A program made the translations under genes and the position numbers. A DNA stretch of 63,185 nucleotides, counting the filler, from Octopus bimaculoides (lineage: Eukaryota), in NCBI RefSeq assembly GCF_001194135.2. It is 4 parts of 3 records of this genome, joined end to end, with 100 filler letters (N's around TTAATTAATTAA, not from the genome) between each part and the next. Parts side by side here need not be neighbours in the genome. Positions count along the whole stretch, not along the records: positions 1 to 29,251 come from NC_068993.1; positions 29,352 to 52,290 come from NC_068993.1; 2 more parts are not named here. One strand, written 5' to 3'. Positions 24,706 through 37,497 of the stretch are shown here, one piece after another. The notes under the pieces were generated by a model that had not been told where the DNA came from, made no database searches, and was given only the letters and a program-made list of their open reading frames with translations. Each line of letters begins with the position of its first letter. The first letter of the stretch is position 1.

Positions 24706-25307
24706 TATTAATCTTTTCATCAACAAAATCATATAATCTTTTCCTTATTTACATTATTTCTTAATCATACACCTTTGTAGGATATATTTTAATCTCACAG
24801 AAAATTGCCCCCTTTTTAATCAATAAGGTACTTAAGTAAACCTTATTTACTTAAGATTTAATCTCTCTCTACTGAAAATGAAACAAAAAAAGAAATTTTT
24901 TTTATTTAATTTGATCATGGTAATTATATTTTCACATTTTTTTTTCCCTAATGGACCAGAACTTGGAAAATTACAAAATAAATGGAAGTCCAGTATGTTA
25001 GCATATATCTATCTACACACACACGCACGCACGCACGCACGCACGCGCGCGCATAACAATATCAATGCAACTATTTCCACATATATATATATATGTATGT
25101 ACAATTTTCTATACATGCAGGTAAATACTCATCTATGCATGTATGCAGAACTCTACATATGCATAAATGTATATACACACACGTATATATGTGCATGCAG
25201 AGATGTCTAATATTTTTGTACTTCTTAGTCAGGAGGGAAGGCCATATCCAAGATCCTTTACAAGGCCCTCAAGACTCAAGTTGATGGAGGGAGAGAGAGA
25301 TTCTTAA

Positions 25308-25518
25308 TCCTTTAGCATTCTGACTACTCTATCTAATGTAATGCTTATATATTCCTTTATTTTGAATCAACCATTATCTCCTAACTTTGTGATGCCAATG
25401 GTGTGATTGTCTATTTTTAGAATGACATTGTAGGGTAGATATAAGATGCCAGACTGGTTTAAAGATAAAACAGGTGGAATATTTGGGCCAGATATAGGCT
25501 GGCTTTAATGCTAAAGGG
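25308..25518. mobile_element. piggyBac-like MITE (same family as 22425-22770, shorter)
   Basis: TTAA|tcctttagcattctgactactctatc ... aatgctaaaggg|TTAA. Confidence 0.75.
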
Positions 25519-26032
25519 TTAAACCTAAAACCTGGTTTGAATGCTTACAACAAAATTGACTCCATTAATAGTACCTGAGATGCTAAGTGTTGGTGTTAAA
25601 CTGGGTGATATGCTGAGTTCACCCCTGTAGGCCATGGTGAGATTTAAACTCAGACAGCAAAGAGCCCCAACTAATATGGCAAGGCATCCACTCTAACAGT
25701 CTTATAGTTCCACCAATCCATGGCTTTGAATTGGTGTTTTTTGTTTTATTTTTTTAATCAACTTCGAAAACGATGAACGGCAAAGTTGATTTTGATAAGA
25801 TTTGAACTAGTAGTACAAAGATTCAGAACAAATACCGCTAGACATATTTTATCAATTGCTTTTACAGCTATGCCAATTCACTCGCCTACAGATTTCAGCT
25901 TGCATTATTTTCTAAATCACCTTCATAGGTTTTTGTTTAGCAGAAAGTAGTAGTAGCACTCGAGTCCCTCTCTTCCAATGTACAACTAACTCTTACCTGC
26001 TTTTCATATAAGTGATTTCTTGTTCCACTCAC

Positions 26033-26096
26033 CTCTAAAAGCACAAAACCAGCAGATAATTTGTTGTCAGGAGAAATGACAACAATGCCATTCCTC
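26033..26096 (-). CDS. Candidate internal exon (xRNGIVVISPDNKLSAGFVLLE)
   Basis: Strong donor GAG|gtgagt, open 64-nt frame; acceptor (tataag) only moderate. Confidence 0.3.
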
Positions 26097-26237
26097 CTTA
26101 TAGCTCAACAAGTACTAATATAAACAAACAAACCCACTGGCATGCATGCACACACACACTCACACACACACAAGGCTTCTTTCAGTTTCTATCTACCAAA
26201 TTCACTAACAAAGCTTTGGTCAACTATAGCTTTGAGA

Positions 26238-26464
26238 TCATCATCATCATTTAACGTCCGCTTTCCAAGCTAGCATGGGTTGGACGATTTGGCTGGGGAC
26301 TGGCGACTCCAATCTGATCTGGCAGAGTTTCTACAGCTGGATGCCCTTCCTAACGCCAACCACTCCAAGAGTGTAGTAGGTGCTTTTTATGTGCCACCTG
26401 CACGAGGGCCAGTCCGACGGGACTGGCAACGGCCACGCTCAAATGATGTTTTTTTACGTGCCAG
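26238..26464. mobile_element. Repeat family E inserted into a family A SINE
   Basis: catcatcatcatttaacgtccgctttcc..ctggatgcccttcctaacgccaacc..gtgccag splits family A sequence at 26170-26230 from 26465-26570. Confidence 0.7.
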
Positions 26465-27624
26465 AAAATACTTGTCCCAAAGTGGTGTGTAATGGAAATG
26501 AACACAAAAACCAGGTGGTTGGAAGACAAGCTTTTGAACCACATGATTGGGAAGTTAACTTCTTAGCTATACTACCATGCCATGAACTTACTTTTTTTTT
26601 TTACCTAATTCATGCAACAAGTAAACTTCAAAACTTGTGACAGACAGAATCAAATTTGAGACAAATTTCAGCTAGTTTTAGCGATGTGTTTTTTTCTGTT
26701 CTCATAACTTATGAGATTTTTTTTTGTTAATTAAATTTTAGACCAAGATGAAATAATTTTCTTTTTTTTTTTTTTTTTTTTTTGCCTAAGTATTATTTCT
26801 GTTAGACACAGAAGTCTGGTAATGAAATAATAAAGAAGAAAAAAAAAGCAAAATGAAACTAGTCTGGTACCTGAATACAGTTACTGGGTTTGGGTTAGTA
26901 CCAAAGACTTTGTTTTCATGAAACCTGACCAAAGACATGAAATTAAAAAAAAAAATTCTTCAGGTATTTTGTTACTGCCACTGAAAGCTGAATGAATGAA
27001 GAGTAAAGGAAATGAAGGAAATTTAACTGGGAATTTTACCATTATCACAGTTATGACTTGCTTCTTGCTGAAAGGTTGCCATTATTACTTTCTTGTGCTT
27101 TGCACTGCACCATCAGTTGTGCAAGAAAAATACTTCAGTCTTTCAATATATGAATTTGCTTACATCCATGCTCATCTGCACATAACCGTGTCAACACTTT
27201 TATTTAAACATGTACATACATACAGATTTGTGCATGTCAATGACTGGTTTGACAACTAAAACACCAAGAATACATACATACATACATACATACATACACG
27301 CACAAATACATATCTTGTATAATATAGTTTTGTTTTTGTTTTTTTATTTAGCCCCTAGGTCAGGCTTGATCAAGCAGATATATATCTAGAGTGTTCCAGC
27401 TGTTACCAACCTATCTTTTTTGTATAGCCAGGACTAGACTGTGTCTAAAGTATCTTCTTTTTTTTTTAATCATTGCAATAATTTTACAGACATAACTGCT
27501 ATTTCCAGCAGGGCCAGTAATCACATGAAAGTTCTTTCATTCACTCACTGCATAATTAGTTTTGAAAGGAAATATTGCATGCAGTGTTGCTTATTTCAAT
27601 CTAATTTATAGCTAGAGGTACCCA

Positions 27625-28525
27625 ACTATTAGATATTGCATACCTGCTTGTGGATATTACATCTCTGCTATAGGGTATAGTATCTGTACAGTAGAATATT
27701 GTATTTCTGCTATAGAATATTGTATCTCCACTTTAGGGCATTGTATATATATATATTATAGATTAGATACTGTATTTCTGTTACTGTATATTGTATCTTT
27801 TCTTGGATATTGTTGTCTCTGCTTCTGGATATTTCATTTCCACTATTGGGTATTGTATTCCATGTTATCAATTGTACTTCTGCTTGTATCTTTACCTATG
27901 GATATTATATTCCCTTAGATGTTGTAGAGTATATCTCTGTTATTTTATCTTGCTTTTCTGCTAATGGGTATTGTATTCCTTGCTACTGTCAATTGTACTT
28001 CTGCTGATATCAGACACTACCTATTGTATCTCTACTACTGAATATATTATATCCCCTTAGATATTGTATAGTATATCTCTGTTATTTCATATTGTGTATC
28101 TGCTACAAGATACCATATCTCTCCTATTGTATATTACATTTCTCATATTAGGTATTGTATTCTTTGCTATTGTCACTTGTTTCTCTGTTGTTAGATATTG
28201 TCTATTGTATCTTTACTGTTATATGTTGTATATTTGCTATTGTATGCTGTATCTCTATAACATATTGTATCTCTACTATTGTATGTAGTACCTTTCATAC
28301 TGAGTATTGTATCCCCATGATATCTCTACTATTAGATATTGTCTATTATATTTCTATTGGCTATAGTTTCCTTACTATTGTATTCTGTATCTCTGATATT
28401 ATTTATTGTATTTCTACTATTGTGTGTCATGTCTTTGATATTATTTTGTAGCTCTACTATAGCATGTTATACATCCACTATCAGGTAGTGTGTTCCTTGC
28501 TTATTAGATATTGTATCACAGTTAT
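27625..28525. repeat. Degenerate minisatellite, unit about 20-21 bp (consensus near GGATATTGTATCTCTGCTATT)
   Basis: Roughly 40 recurrences of (t)attgtat(c/t)tct(g/a)cta; source of the I/L/C/Y-rich ORFs 27810-28451. Confidence 0.85.
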
Positions 28526-28901
28526 CCAATATTGTAAATATTCAAGTTCAGACTTAATGGAGGAGATTATTATATATATATATATATACTTTTACTATGT
28601 CCCCACCAACTTTCACCATTATATTTTGTCTTCAATCGATTCTGTAAGCGTTGCTGTTGTTGTTGTTGTCATTGCTGTACAGATCCGGTCAGTTGTGCTT
28701 TAACAATACAATTTACTGACCCAGTAACTTTGTTCCCAAAGGGCTGGGATTCAGCATATTAATGGAAATGGATTTTGTGGACAATAGCTTCATTGATTAT
28801 AGGTTTTCAATGAGGAGCAACTTACTGCTTCACTGCATTTTCAATGACACAACAGACAACACTGCCTCTGTGCAACTCACTTTTATTATGCATACCTTTC
28901 A

Positions 28902-28938
<37 letters not shown>

Positions 28939-29175
28939 CATCATCATCATCATCATTTAATGTTCACTTTCCTATTCTTGTATGGGTCGGGCAGAATTTA
29001 TTGAGGCAGACTTTCTCTATGGTCGGATATCCTTGTCACCAGCCTTCACCTGTTTCCAAGCAAGGTAATATTTCTGCATGGCCAGACATGCTTCCCACTG
29101 AAGACTGGAAACAAGTAACATCATTTATATGGCAGTGATGTTCATTTACAATCATCACATGATGTCAAGACAAAG

Positions 29176-29177
<2 letters not shown>

Positions 29178-29251
<74 letters not shown>
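29178..29251. repeat. (CA)n microsatellite abutting a scaffold join
   Basis: Direct. Confidence 0.95.
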
Positions 29252-29351
29252 NNNNNNNNNNNNNNNNNNNNNNNNNNNNNNNNNNNNNNNNNNNNTTAAT
29301 TAATTAANNNNNNNNNNNNNNNNNNNNNNNNNNNNNNNNNNNNNNNNNNNN
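29252..29351. other. Artificial 100-bp scaffold join (44 N + TTAATTAATTAA + 44 N)
   Basis: Identical construct at 52291-52390 and 60907-61006; the 12-mer has stop codons in all six frames. Confidence 0.9.
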
Positions 29352-30656
29352 CGTGACTTCATTATGTTTTGTAATATATAGAAAGCTGTTCTCTATAATA
29401 TTCTCATCTATATAATATATTGTTATATATAGAAAGTTGCTTTCTATAATATATTGTTCGCTCTAATATACTGTTCTATAAAGTATAATGTTCTTTGTAT
29501 TTTGTTATTTATAGAATATTGTGTTCTATAGAAAATCTTTTATGTATCATTGTTCTCCATAGTAGAAGGTTCTCTATAGAATACTGTTCATCGCTAGGCA
29601 TTGGTAAATCTCTTTTAACAACAGACCTTATGAAATATTGTTCATATGGAGAACAGTGGTCATATACATACATAAAGTCATACACATACGCACGCAAGTA
29701 CCTTACATTAAGCAAAGTATAAAAATTTGATGGCGAAAAAGTTTGATTGAGGATGAATGAATGAAAGGAATGAAATTGAATCGAATGAATTTACAGTAAA
29801 TATTTAGTAAATAGTTATCTTTATATAGTCAGGATTTTACATGTGACATACAAAATGTGATAATGTGCCGCACGGCACCCAAGCATGCTCTATATACAAC
29901 ATAGTTCTATATGAATGATTATTTCAGCTTCATTTTTTTTTCTCTTCACTTGTTTCTTGAGGCTAAATAACAGTAATATTCTTCCCTTTCCTGGGCCTGC
30001 CACATAAAGTTGGCAACAAGCCATCACTATATATATATCAAGTGTATGATTAATTTATGGAATGAATTTCTACAAATCCAATCATATTTATCAAAAACGG
30101 ATGGGATAAGTAGTTAAAAGTTTGTAAGAAATTTATTCATGCATACAATTGTTTCGTACATAGATATAAATTCATATTTGAATTTGGAAATTATCATAGC
30201 ACTCATCAGGGCAGAGAAAAAATAATAGGAACTTTAAAAAAGAGCAGAAAAGTTGGATCACTGAGCTTCATGTTTCTCTGTTCCTATCGATAGTGATGGG
30301 AGTCATGTTAAATATTGAACCGAATCAGGTTTGAGAAGTGTGGTAATAGAAATGGCCGAGCGCCGAACTCCCCACGATGCTGTAGTATTTCTGTTTCTAT
30401 CACTCAGAGGTCGATATAGTTTATCGATCATCTAGGGTTGATAAAAGTACTATCAGTAATGCAATAGGGTTGATTAAATTGATCGTATTCTTCTCGCACA
30501 TTTGGTAGGAATTTATAAGAAAGTCAGGAAATATTTGAAATAAGAAATAAAAGTGTTTGTATTGAGTTCAAATCTACGCCGAGGACAGAATTCGTGTTAC
30601 AGGACTTGATGGAAATAATAGCGGAAGTGAACTTAGCTTTGTAACTGTAACATACC

Positions 30657-30736
<80 letters not shown>

Positions 30737-31415
30737 NNNNNNNNNNNNNNNNNNNNNNNNNNNNNNNNNNNNNNNNNNNNNNNNNNNNNNNNNNNNNNNN
30801 NNNNNNNNNNNNNNNNNNNNNNNNNNNNNNNNNNNNNNNNNNNNNNNNNNNNNNNNNNNNNNNNNNNNNNNNNNNNNNNNNNNNNNNNNNNNNNNNNNNN
30901 NNNNNNNNNNNNNNNNNNNNNNNNNNNNNNNNNNNNNNNNNNNNNNNNNNNNNNNNNNNNNNNNNNNNNNNNNNNNNNNNNNNNNNNNNNNNNNNNNNNN
31001 NNNNNNNNNNNNNNNNNNNNNNNNNNNNNNNNNNNNNNNNNNNNNNNNNNNNNNNNNNNNNNNNNNNNNNNNNNNNNNNNNNNNNNNNNNNNNNNNNNNN
31101 NNNNNNNNNNNNNNNNNNNNNNNNNNNNNNNNNNNNNNNNNNNNNNNNNNNNNNNNNNNNNNNNNNNNNNNNNNNNNNNNNNNNNNNNNNNNNNNNNNNN
31201 NNNNNNNNNNNNNNNNNNNNNNNNNNNNNNNNNNNNNNNNNNNNNNNNNNNNNNNNNNNNNNNNNNNNNNNNNNNNNNNNNNNNNNNNNNNNNNNNNNNN
31301 NNNNNNNNNNNNNNNNNNNNNNNNNNNNNNNNNNNNNNNNNNNNNNNNNNNNNNNNNNNNNNNNNNNNNNNNNNNNNNNNNNNNNNNNNNNNNNNNNNNN
31401 NNNNNNNNNNATATA

Positions 31416-31478
<63 letters not shown>

Positions 31479-32556
31479 GTATGTATGTGTGTATGTATGG
31501 AGAGTGCTTGTAGATCGACAAAAAGGGACAGATAATAAGAGAGTGAGAGGGAGAGAGAGAGAGGGAGAGAGAGAGAGAGAGAGAGACAAAGAGGCAGAAA
31601 GAGAGAGGGAGAAAGAGAAAGAGTGAGAGAGAGAGAAAGAAAGACAGAGAGACAAAGTGTGAAGAAAATTTCCTTCATTTTTTTATCACCCTCCCCTAAA
31701 TCGATTCCATAATTGATTTTTATGTGTTTGGCTGTTATTGTTGCAGTTGCAGCCAGTTGTATATCAATTGATATATCTAGAGGTGATTGATTGACAGATA
31801 ATATAGAATAGTAGTGATAATAACGAGAGAAAGACAGAGACGAGGAGGGTTTAATTAATATAGAGATTAATAATGTGATCAGCAAATACATTTGTTCAAT
31901 ATCTCCAAGGTAAATCTGCAAATTAACAATTGTTATCTGGGATTGTAGTTTCTAGCCACAAGATTTACCTACTTATTTCTCTGTCTGTCTATTGACCCAT
32001 CTACCTATCTATTTCTTTATCTGTCTATTTGTCTATTTATCTAGCTGTCTCACTCTCTCATTATGTACCTGCCTATCTTCCCATATGAATATATACATAA
32101 TATACATATATATATATACACACACTCACAAACACACATACACACACTCATGTATGTATGTATGTATGTATGTATAATATGGACGGAGGGGGGACAATAT
32201 TCTTAATTGACGGTGGAAAAGTACAAGAAAAGTGGAAACTTTAAAACATTAAAATTGAAAAAAAAATTATCTTTTCTCTCGTTTTTAGTTTCATTGAAAT
32301 ATAAAAGTATATTCCTTCCTTTAAATTCTCCTTCCTCCCATGAATAAAATTCTATATGGAGCTTATTCAATTTCCTTCCTATAAAATATGATATGGCGGA
32401 TGATCGGAGGAAGCTGGAGGACTTTTGTATGAAGAAAATATAGCTTGGCCTCCGAAATTTCTAACTTTTCAGCAACCTTCCTCTCTAGTTTTTCCACCAC
32501 GGCTGAGCTGACATCTAGGCAAATAGGGATATGAACCCAGTTAGAGATGAATAGAC

Positions 32557-32603
<47 letters not shown>

Positions 32604-33259
32604 CAGAGAGAGAGTGAGAGAGAGAGACAGGCAGACAATAACTAGGATGGCTAGGGGTAAGTCAATAGGCCGTAATGTGTTGTCAGCATAAAAATAAAGA
32701 TTGGTAAATGGTGCGATGGCTTTATGGGGTTTGCTTAGTAAAAAATGAAAATGTATCCCCACAAACCTCTGGAAATCCAACACTCTTCGTCTCTAGAGAC
32801 CCAAACTCACCTCCATCCAACACTCATATCTTCTATAAAGCTTGACCAACAAACCTCCAAGTCCGAGATGCATGCTTGATGCCAACATGACAAACCAGAT
32901 GGTCAGTTTGGTGATATTTTCAATGCTGGTATGTACAAACTTGCGATGACGAATTTAAGCCTTACACTTTTTGCTCCGTAAATTTTTTCTCTAGCACCAA
33001 TTTTGTCGAGGTTTACGGAATTAAATTCCTCTTTGTAAGATCTTTTATTCAAATATAAATAAAACAAAAATGACACAGAAATAAGGAAACTACATTGCTC
33101 AGAAGTTGCATCTTTGCTTTACTCTTCCATTTTATTTTTTAACCCATTTTAAAGTAATTCTTTTTTTTTTACCTTGTCACTTTCTATTATCTCATAAAGT
33201 AGCAAAGCATTGCTCCTTTTCAATGAACAGAATCACATTTAGTCAAGAACTGAATTAAG

Positions 33260-34750
33260 TAGATGGCGAAAAAGTTGTGGCCGTGAGCGAAGGATGGAAA
33301 AGTTTTTAAGCCACTTTTCAAGACATATCTTTTCTTTTTTTTTTTTTCCAGACTCTAATATCTGGAACTTCTTTTTGGCTTTACAAAATAACCACTTAGC
33401 ACTTTTTCACGCCTATTTTACCATCATAGATTACTCTGTGGATTCCAGACGGCGTTGCGGTCAGTGCGCTCTTCTTAGATTGTTTACATAGCACCATTTA
33501 TCTGCTGGTTTATGCAGTTGGTACTTTATTTTTAGTCCAGCAAGTTACAAGTGTTCGGGGAGGAGTGAAAACATAAACAGCAATCAATATCAGCTGAGTT
33601 CATGAAACGGCTGGGTCTGTGTATGGACGCTGTGGGATATCTATGAAATCGGTAAGTTTACTATTTATGACAAAGAAATAATGGGCGAAACTATGGACAT
33701 TGAATAAATACAGAAATATCCAAGAAAGAAATGAGTGATTATGAAAAATGGTAAGAGTTCCGAAAATGGCTGAGTGATGGTGGAGCATCAGAGTGAAGGT
33801 AAGCAGTTGCCGAAAGCAAGATAATATAACAGATTAGATTATTCCATACCAAATTAAATTACAACATCAGTAAGATTATAGGGAAGATTGGCTTCAAAGG
33901 TTTATAAAAATGTTATGAAATTTTAATGCTGAAAGTGTGTGGAAGAGAACGGCCAATAAACCAGGAAGGAATGACTGATTAGTGGTGAACCAGAATCCAG
34001 AACAGGTGTAGAATGTGATTGAAACTGCATTATATTGGTGACACACACCTTTATACAAACCTTAATAGAAGAGGACAAAGAGGAACGCACAGGATTCGAG
34101 TAACCTAAAGCTAGAGTTACCATCCTGAGGTGCCCAATTACTATTGGCTTACACAGATGTAAGGCAATGGTGACAGGAGAAAAAAAAAGCCCAAATTCTG
34201 TTAGACTACACAATTTTCTCAGTTTCATACTGTGAAAATAAAAATGATTGAATGGCTATCAAGTTTTCTATACACTGGCTTGGAATGTATTTTGGGCCAG
34301 AAGCCAAAACAGGCCGGACGTCTGTAGGACGTCGATCAAGAAGCTGTTGTTATTCTGGACAATTGTTCTTCAACTCACTTTAAAGCTAAACTCCTGTGTA
34401 AGACTAATATTTTTAAAACACTATTACCGCCAAATTGTTTGTCATTTATTTGACTCTAAGATCAAAGAATATTGTATTTTATGAAGATGAAGAATTTCCC
34501 ACATTTCATAAAAAGTATGAAAGATGTGGGGAAGGTGGAGAAGAAGAAGAAGAAGAAGAAGAAGAAGAAGAAGAAGAAGAAGGAGGAGGAGGAGGAAAGT
34601 GGAGAGGGAAATTTAGGTGAAAGACTTGATAAGAACAATTTCGTTGAAATGTTGGTCGAACAGGGATTTCGGGAAACAGATACCAAAGCTGTTCTCCCAA
34701 TCACACTGCAGACGTTTGTCGGTAAATCTCGAACATTTGTTTTATTTCAT
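33260..34750 (+). pseudogene. Degenerate pogo/Tigger-family (DDE_1) transposase
   Basis: Broken frames give ARVTILRCPITIGLHRCKAMVTGEKKSPN (34110+), YCENKND*MAIKFSIHWLGMYFGPEAK, DQEAVVILDNCSSTH (34334+) and LLPPNCLSFI*L*DQRIL. These match the RVTV..CAN.TG.HKL, KKAWMT...F..WF...F.P, LLLDN...H and LPPNTTS.IQP.DQGII motifs. Several stops and frameshifts; 5' extent uncertain. Confidence 0.85.
34539..34598. repeat. (GAA)n(GGA)n microsatellite inside the transposase relic
   Basis: Direct. Confidence 0.95.
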
Positions 34751-35856
34751 TAAATTATTTAAATGACATTTTTAATTTCTTTTGAATGCAACTATTTGTT
34801 TAATGAATAATCTTGTTCTATTGACACAGACTATGAATAAACAGGTTCACATGTAAAACGAACATGTTAACATGGAAAATAAACATGCAACATGTATTAA
34901 CATGTATTTCATTTTATAATTGAATATTTATTTAATTCCAGTTTCTAGCATTGTACGGGGCTTAAGGGACATGGTGGTGGTGGTGGTGGTGGTGGAGGTG
35001 GTTTTGGTGGTGGTGGTGGTGGTGGTGGTTATGGTGGAGAGGCTGACGCGTTGGTAATGTACGGCTTCTTTTAGTCTGGAAAATNNNNNNNNNNNNNNNN
35101 NNNNNNNNNNNNNNNNNNNNNNNNNNNNNNNNNNNNNNNNNNNNNNNNNNNNNNNNNNNNNNNNNNNNNNNNNNNNNNNNNNNNNNNNNNNNNNNNNNNN
35201 NNNNNNNNNNNNNNNNNNNNNNNNNNNNNNNNNNNNNNNNNNNNNNNNNNNNNNNNNNNNNNNNNNNNNNNNNNNNNNNNNNNNNNNNNNNNNNNNNNNN
35301 NNNNNNNNNNNNNNNNNNNNNNNNNNNNNNNNNNNNNNNNNNNNNNNNNNNNNNNNNNNNNNNNNNNNNNNNNNNNNNNNNNNNNNNNNNNNNNNNNNNN
35401 NNNNNNNNNNNNNNNNNNNNNNNNNNNNNNNNNNNNNNNNNNNNNNNNNNNNNNNNNNNNNNNNNNNNNNNNNNNNNNNNNNNNNNNNNNNNNNNNNNNN
35501 NNNNNNNNNNNNNNNNNNNNNNNNNNNNNNNNNNNNNNNNNNNNNNNNNNNNNNNNNNNNNNNNNNNNNNNNNNNNNNNNNNNNNNNNNNNNNNNNNNNN
35601 NNNNNNNNNNNNNNNNNNNNNNNNNNNNNNNNNNNNNNNNNNNNNNNNNNNNNNNNNNNNNNNNNNNNNNNNNNNNNNNNNNNNNNNNNNNNNNNNNNNN
35701 NNNNNNNNNNNNNNNNNNNNNNNNNNNNNNNNNNNNNNNNNNNNNNNNNNNNNNNNNNNNNNNNNNNNNNNNNNNNNNNNNNNNNNNNNNNNNNNNNNNN
35801 NNNNNNNNNNNNNNNNNNNNNNNNNNNNNNNNNNNNNNNNNNNNNNNNNNNNNNNN

Positions 35857-35922
<66 letters not shown>

Positions 35923-36454
35923 TGTGCACATATATGAAGTCGTATATATTTATCCATGAATAGGTGGCTGTGTATTCCTTAGTGTCTGGGTAAATCTTTC
36001 TGTCCGTTTGTCGATGGACAAATATTAAAATCGTTGAGGTTTTAAAAGTATTTCAGCGAGAACATTAAAAAAGAGTTAGCCCCACGAGGAGAAGACAAAG
36101 TGAATATTGACCTCACATTTTATATTTCCATTGATATTGGATGGCTTTACACGAATTGTCCCGGAGTCGAGGAACGGACCTCAACATGGCCATCTAGAAA
36201 TAACAGCCAAATATGATTGAAATCTCAGTTAAGTTTTTTATTCGGGAACAGGGTATATTGTAGTCTAATAGAGTGATGAGTAGTAGTGGTCCCATCTGGA
36301 AAGACTTTGGTGATAGTAAAATGAATCAGGAATTGACCACCAACGTTGTGATTAACATGTATCGTGGTTTTAACAATTCAATGGCGCTGCAGTCGTGGGT
36401 TCGATAATCACCGAGAATTTTTCACAAATCACTTTATTTCGTGAATTTCACTAA

Positions 36455-36458
36455 TACA

Positions 36459-36505
<47 letters not shown>

Positions 36506-36690
36506 ACACACACACAAACACACACACTCACACATACGTACTCACGCACGCACATGCAGACTCTCTCACACATGCATAGATGCACAGAAACACAAACATG
36601 TACATATAAACACAAACACACAGACACACACGAGCGTGTACACACGCACATACACAAACACACACACATATACATACAAACAGGCGTGCG

Positions 36691-36736
<46 letters not shown>

Positions 36737-37042
36737 AATCTCCACAAACATACACGGACTTGTGCACAGCCGTTCATCAGCGCGAACACACGCGCACACA
36801 TACCAGGATGGAAACACAGGACCTGATAAGCGCGTGCGGACTAACACGCACACGCATAGCATACATGGACAGGCTTACTCAGATGGCTTCACTCACAGAC
36901 AATTATTTCTATATATTTATATATATATACATACATATATATATATTTATATATACATATTTACAAATACATACATACATATATACATATATATATACAT
37001 ATACACATACATATACACATATACATATATATATATATGTAT

Positions 37043-37106
<64 letters not shown>

Positions 37107-37145
37107 TTACATACATACATATATATATGCACGTACATTATATAT
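36455..37145. repeat. Compound degenerate (CA)n then (TA/TACA)n tract
   Basis: Direct; source of the HT/YI-repeat ORFs. Confidence 0.9.
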
Positions 37146-37154
37146 ATAATATTT

Positions 37155-37275
37155 GTAGGCGTGATTGTGTGGTATGAAGCTTGCTTCCCAACCACATGCT
37201 TCTGGGTTCAATCCCACTGCGTGCCATCTTCGGCCAGTGTCTTCTACTATAGCCTCGAGCTGATCAAAGCCTTGT
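37155..37275 (+). mobile_element. SINE family A, 5' part
   Basis: ggcgtgattgtgtggtatgaagcttgcttcccaaccacatgcttctgggttcaatcccactgcgtg..agtgtcttctactatagcctc. Confidence 0.85.
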
Positions 37276-37462
37276 ATATCACTATATGTATGTATCTTTG
37301 TGTGTGTGTGTGAGTGTGTGTGTGAGAGTGTGTGTGTGTGTGTATAAAATTATATACATAATAGGTACACGAATGTATAAGTGTTCGTCTTAGTATGCGT
37401 GTATTTCTGTGTTAATATACATCTTAAATATATATATCCATTTTTATGTGTGCGTATATACA

Positions 37463-37494
<32 letters not shown>

Positions 37495-37497
<3 letters not shown>

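Noticed and set aside
24950-25300. Short + strand exon-like segments (ELGKLQNKWKS; SGGKAISKILYKALKTQ)
   Set aside because: Too short to separate from chance, and they conflict with the stronger minus-strand set.
27625-28525. CRISPR-like or coding repeat array
   Set aside because: No constant repeat with unique spacers; eukaryotic degenerate minisatellite.
32640-32960. Minus-strand hydrophobic peptides suggestive of a GPCR fragment
   Set aside because: Interrupted by stops, no real TM7 motif, adjacent to the transposase relic on the other strand.
36441-37313. 290-aa HT/YI-repeat ORF and the many similar ORFs at 42-50 kb
   Set aside because: Pure CA/TA microsatellite translation.
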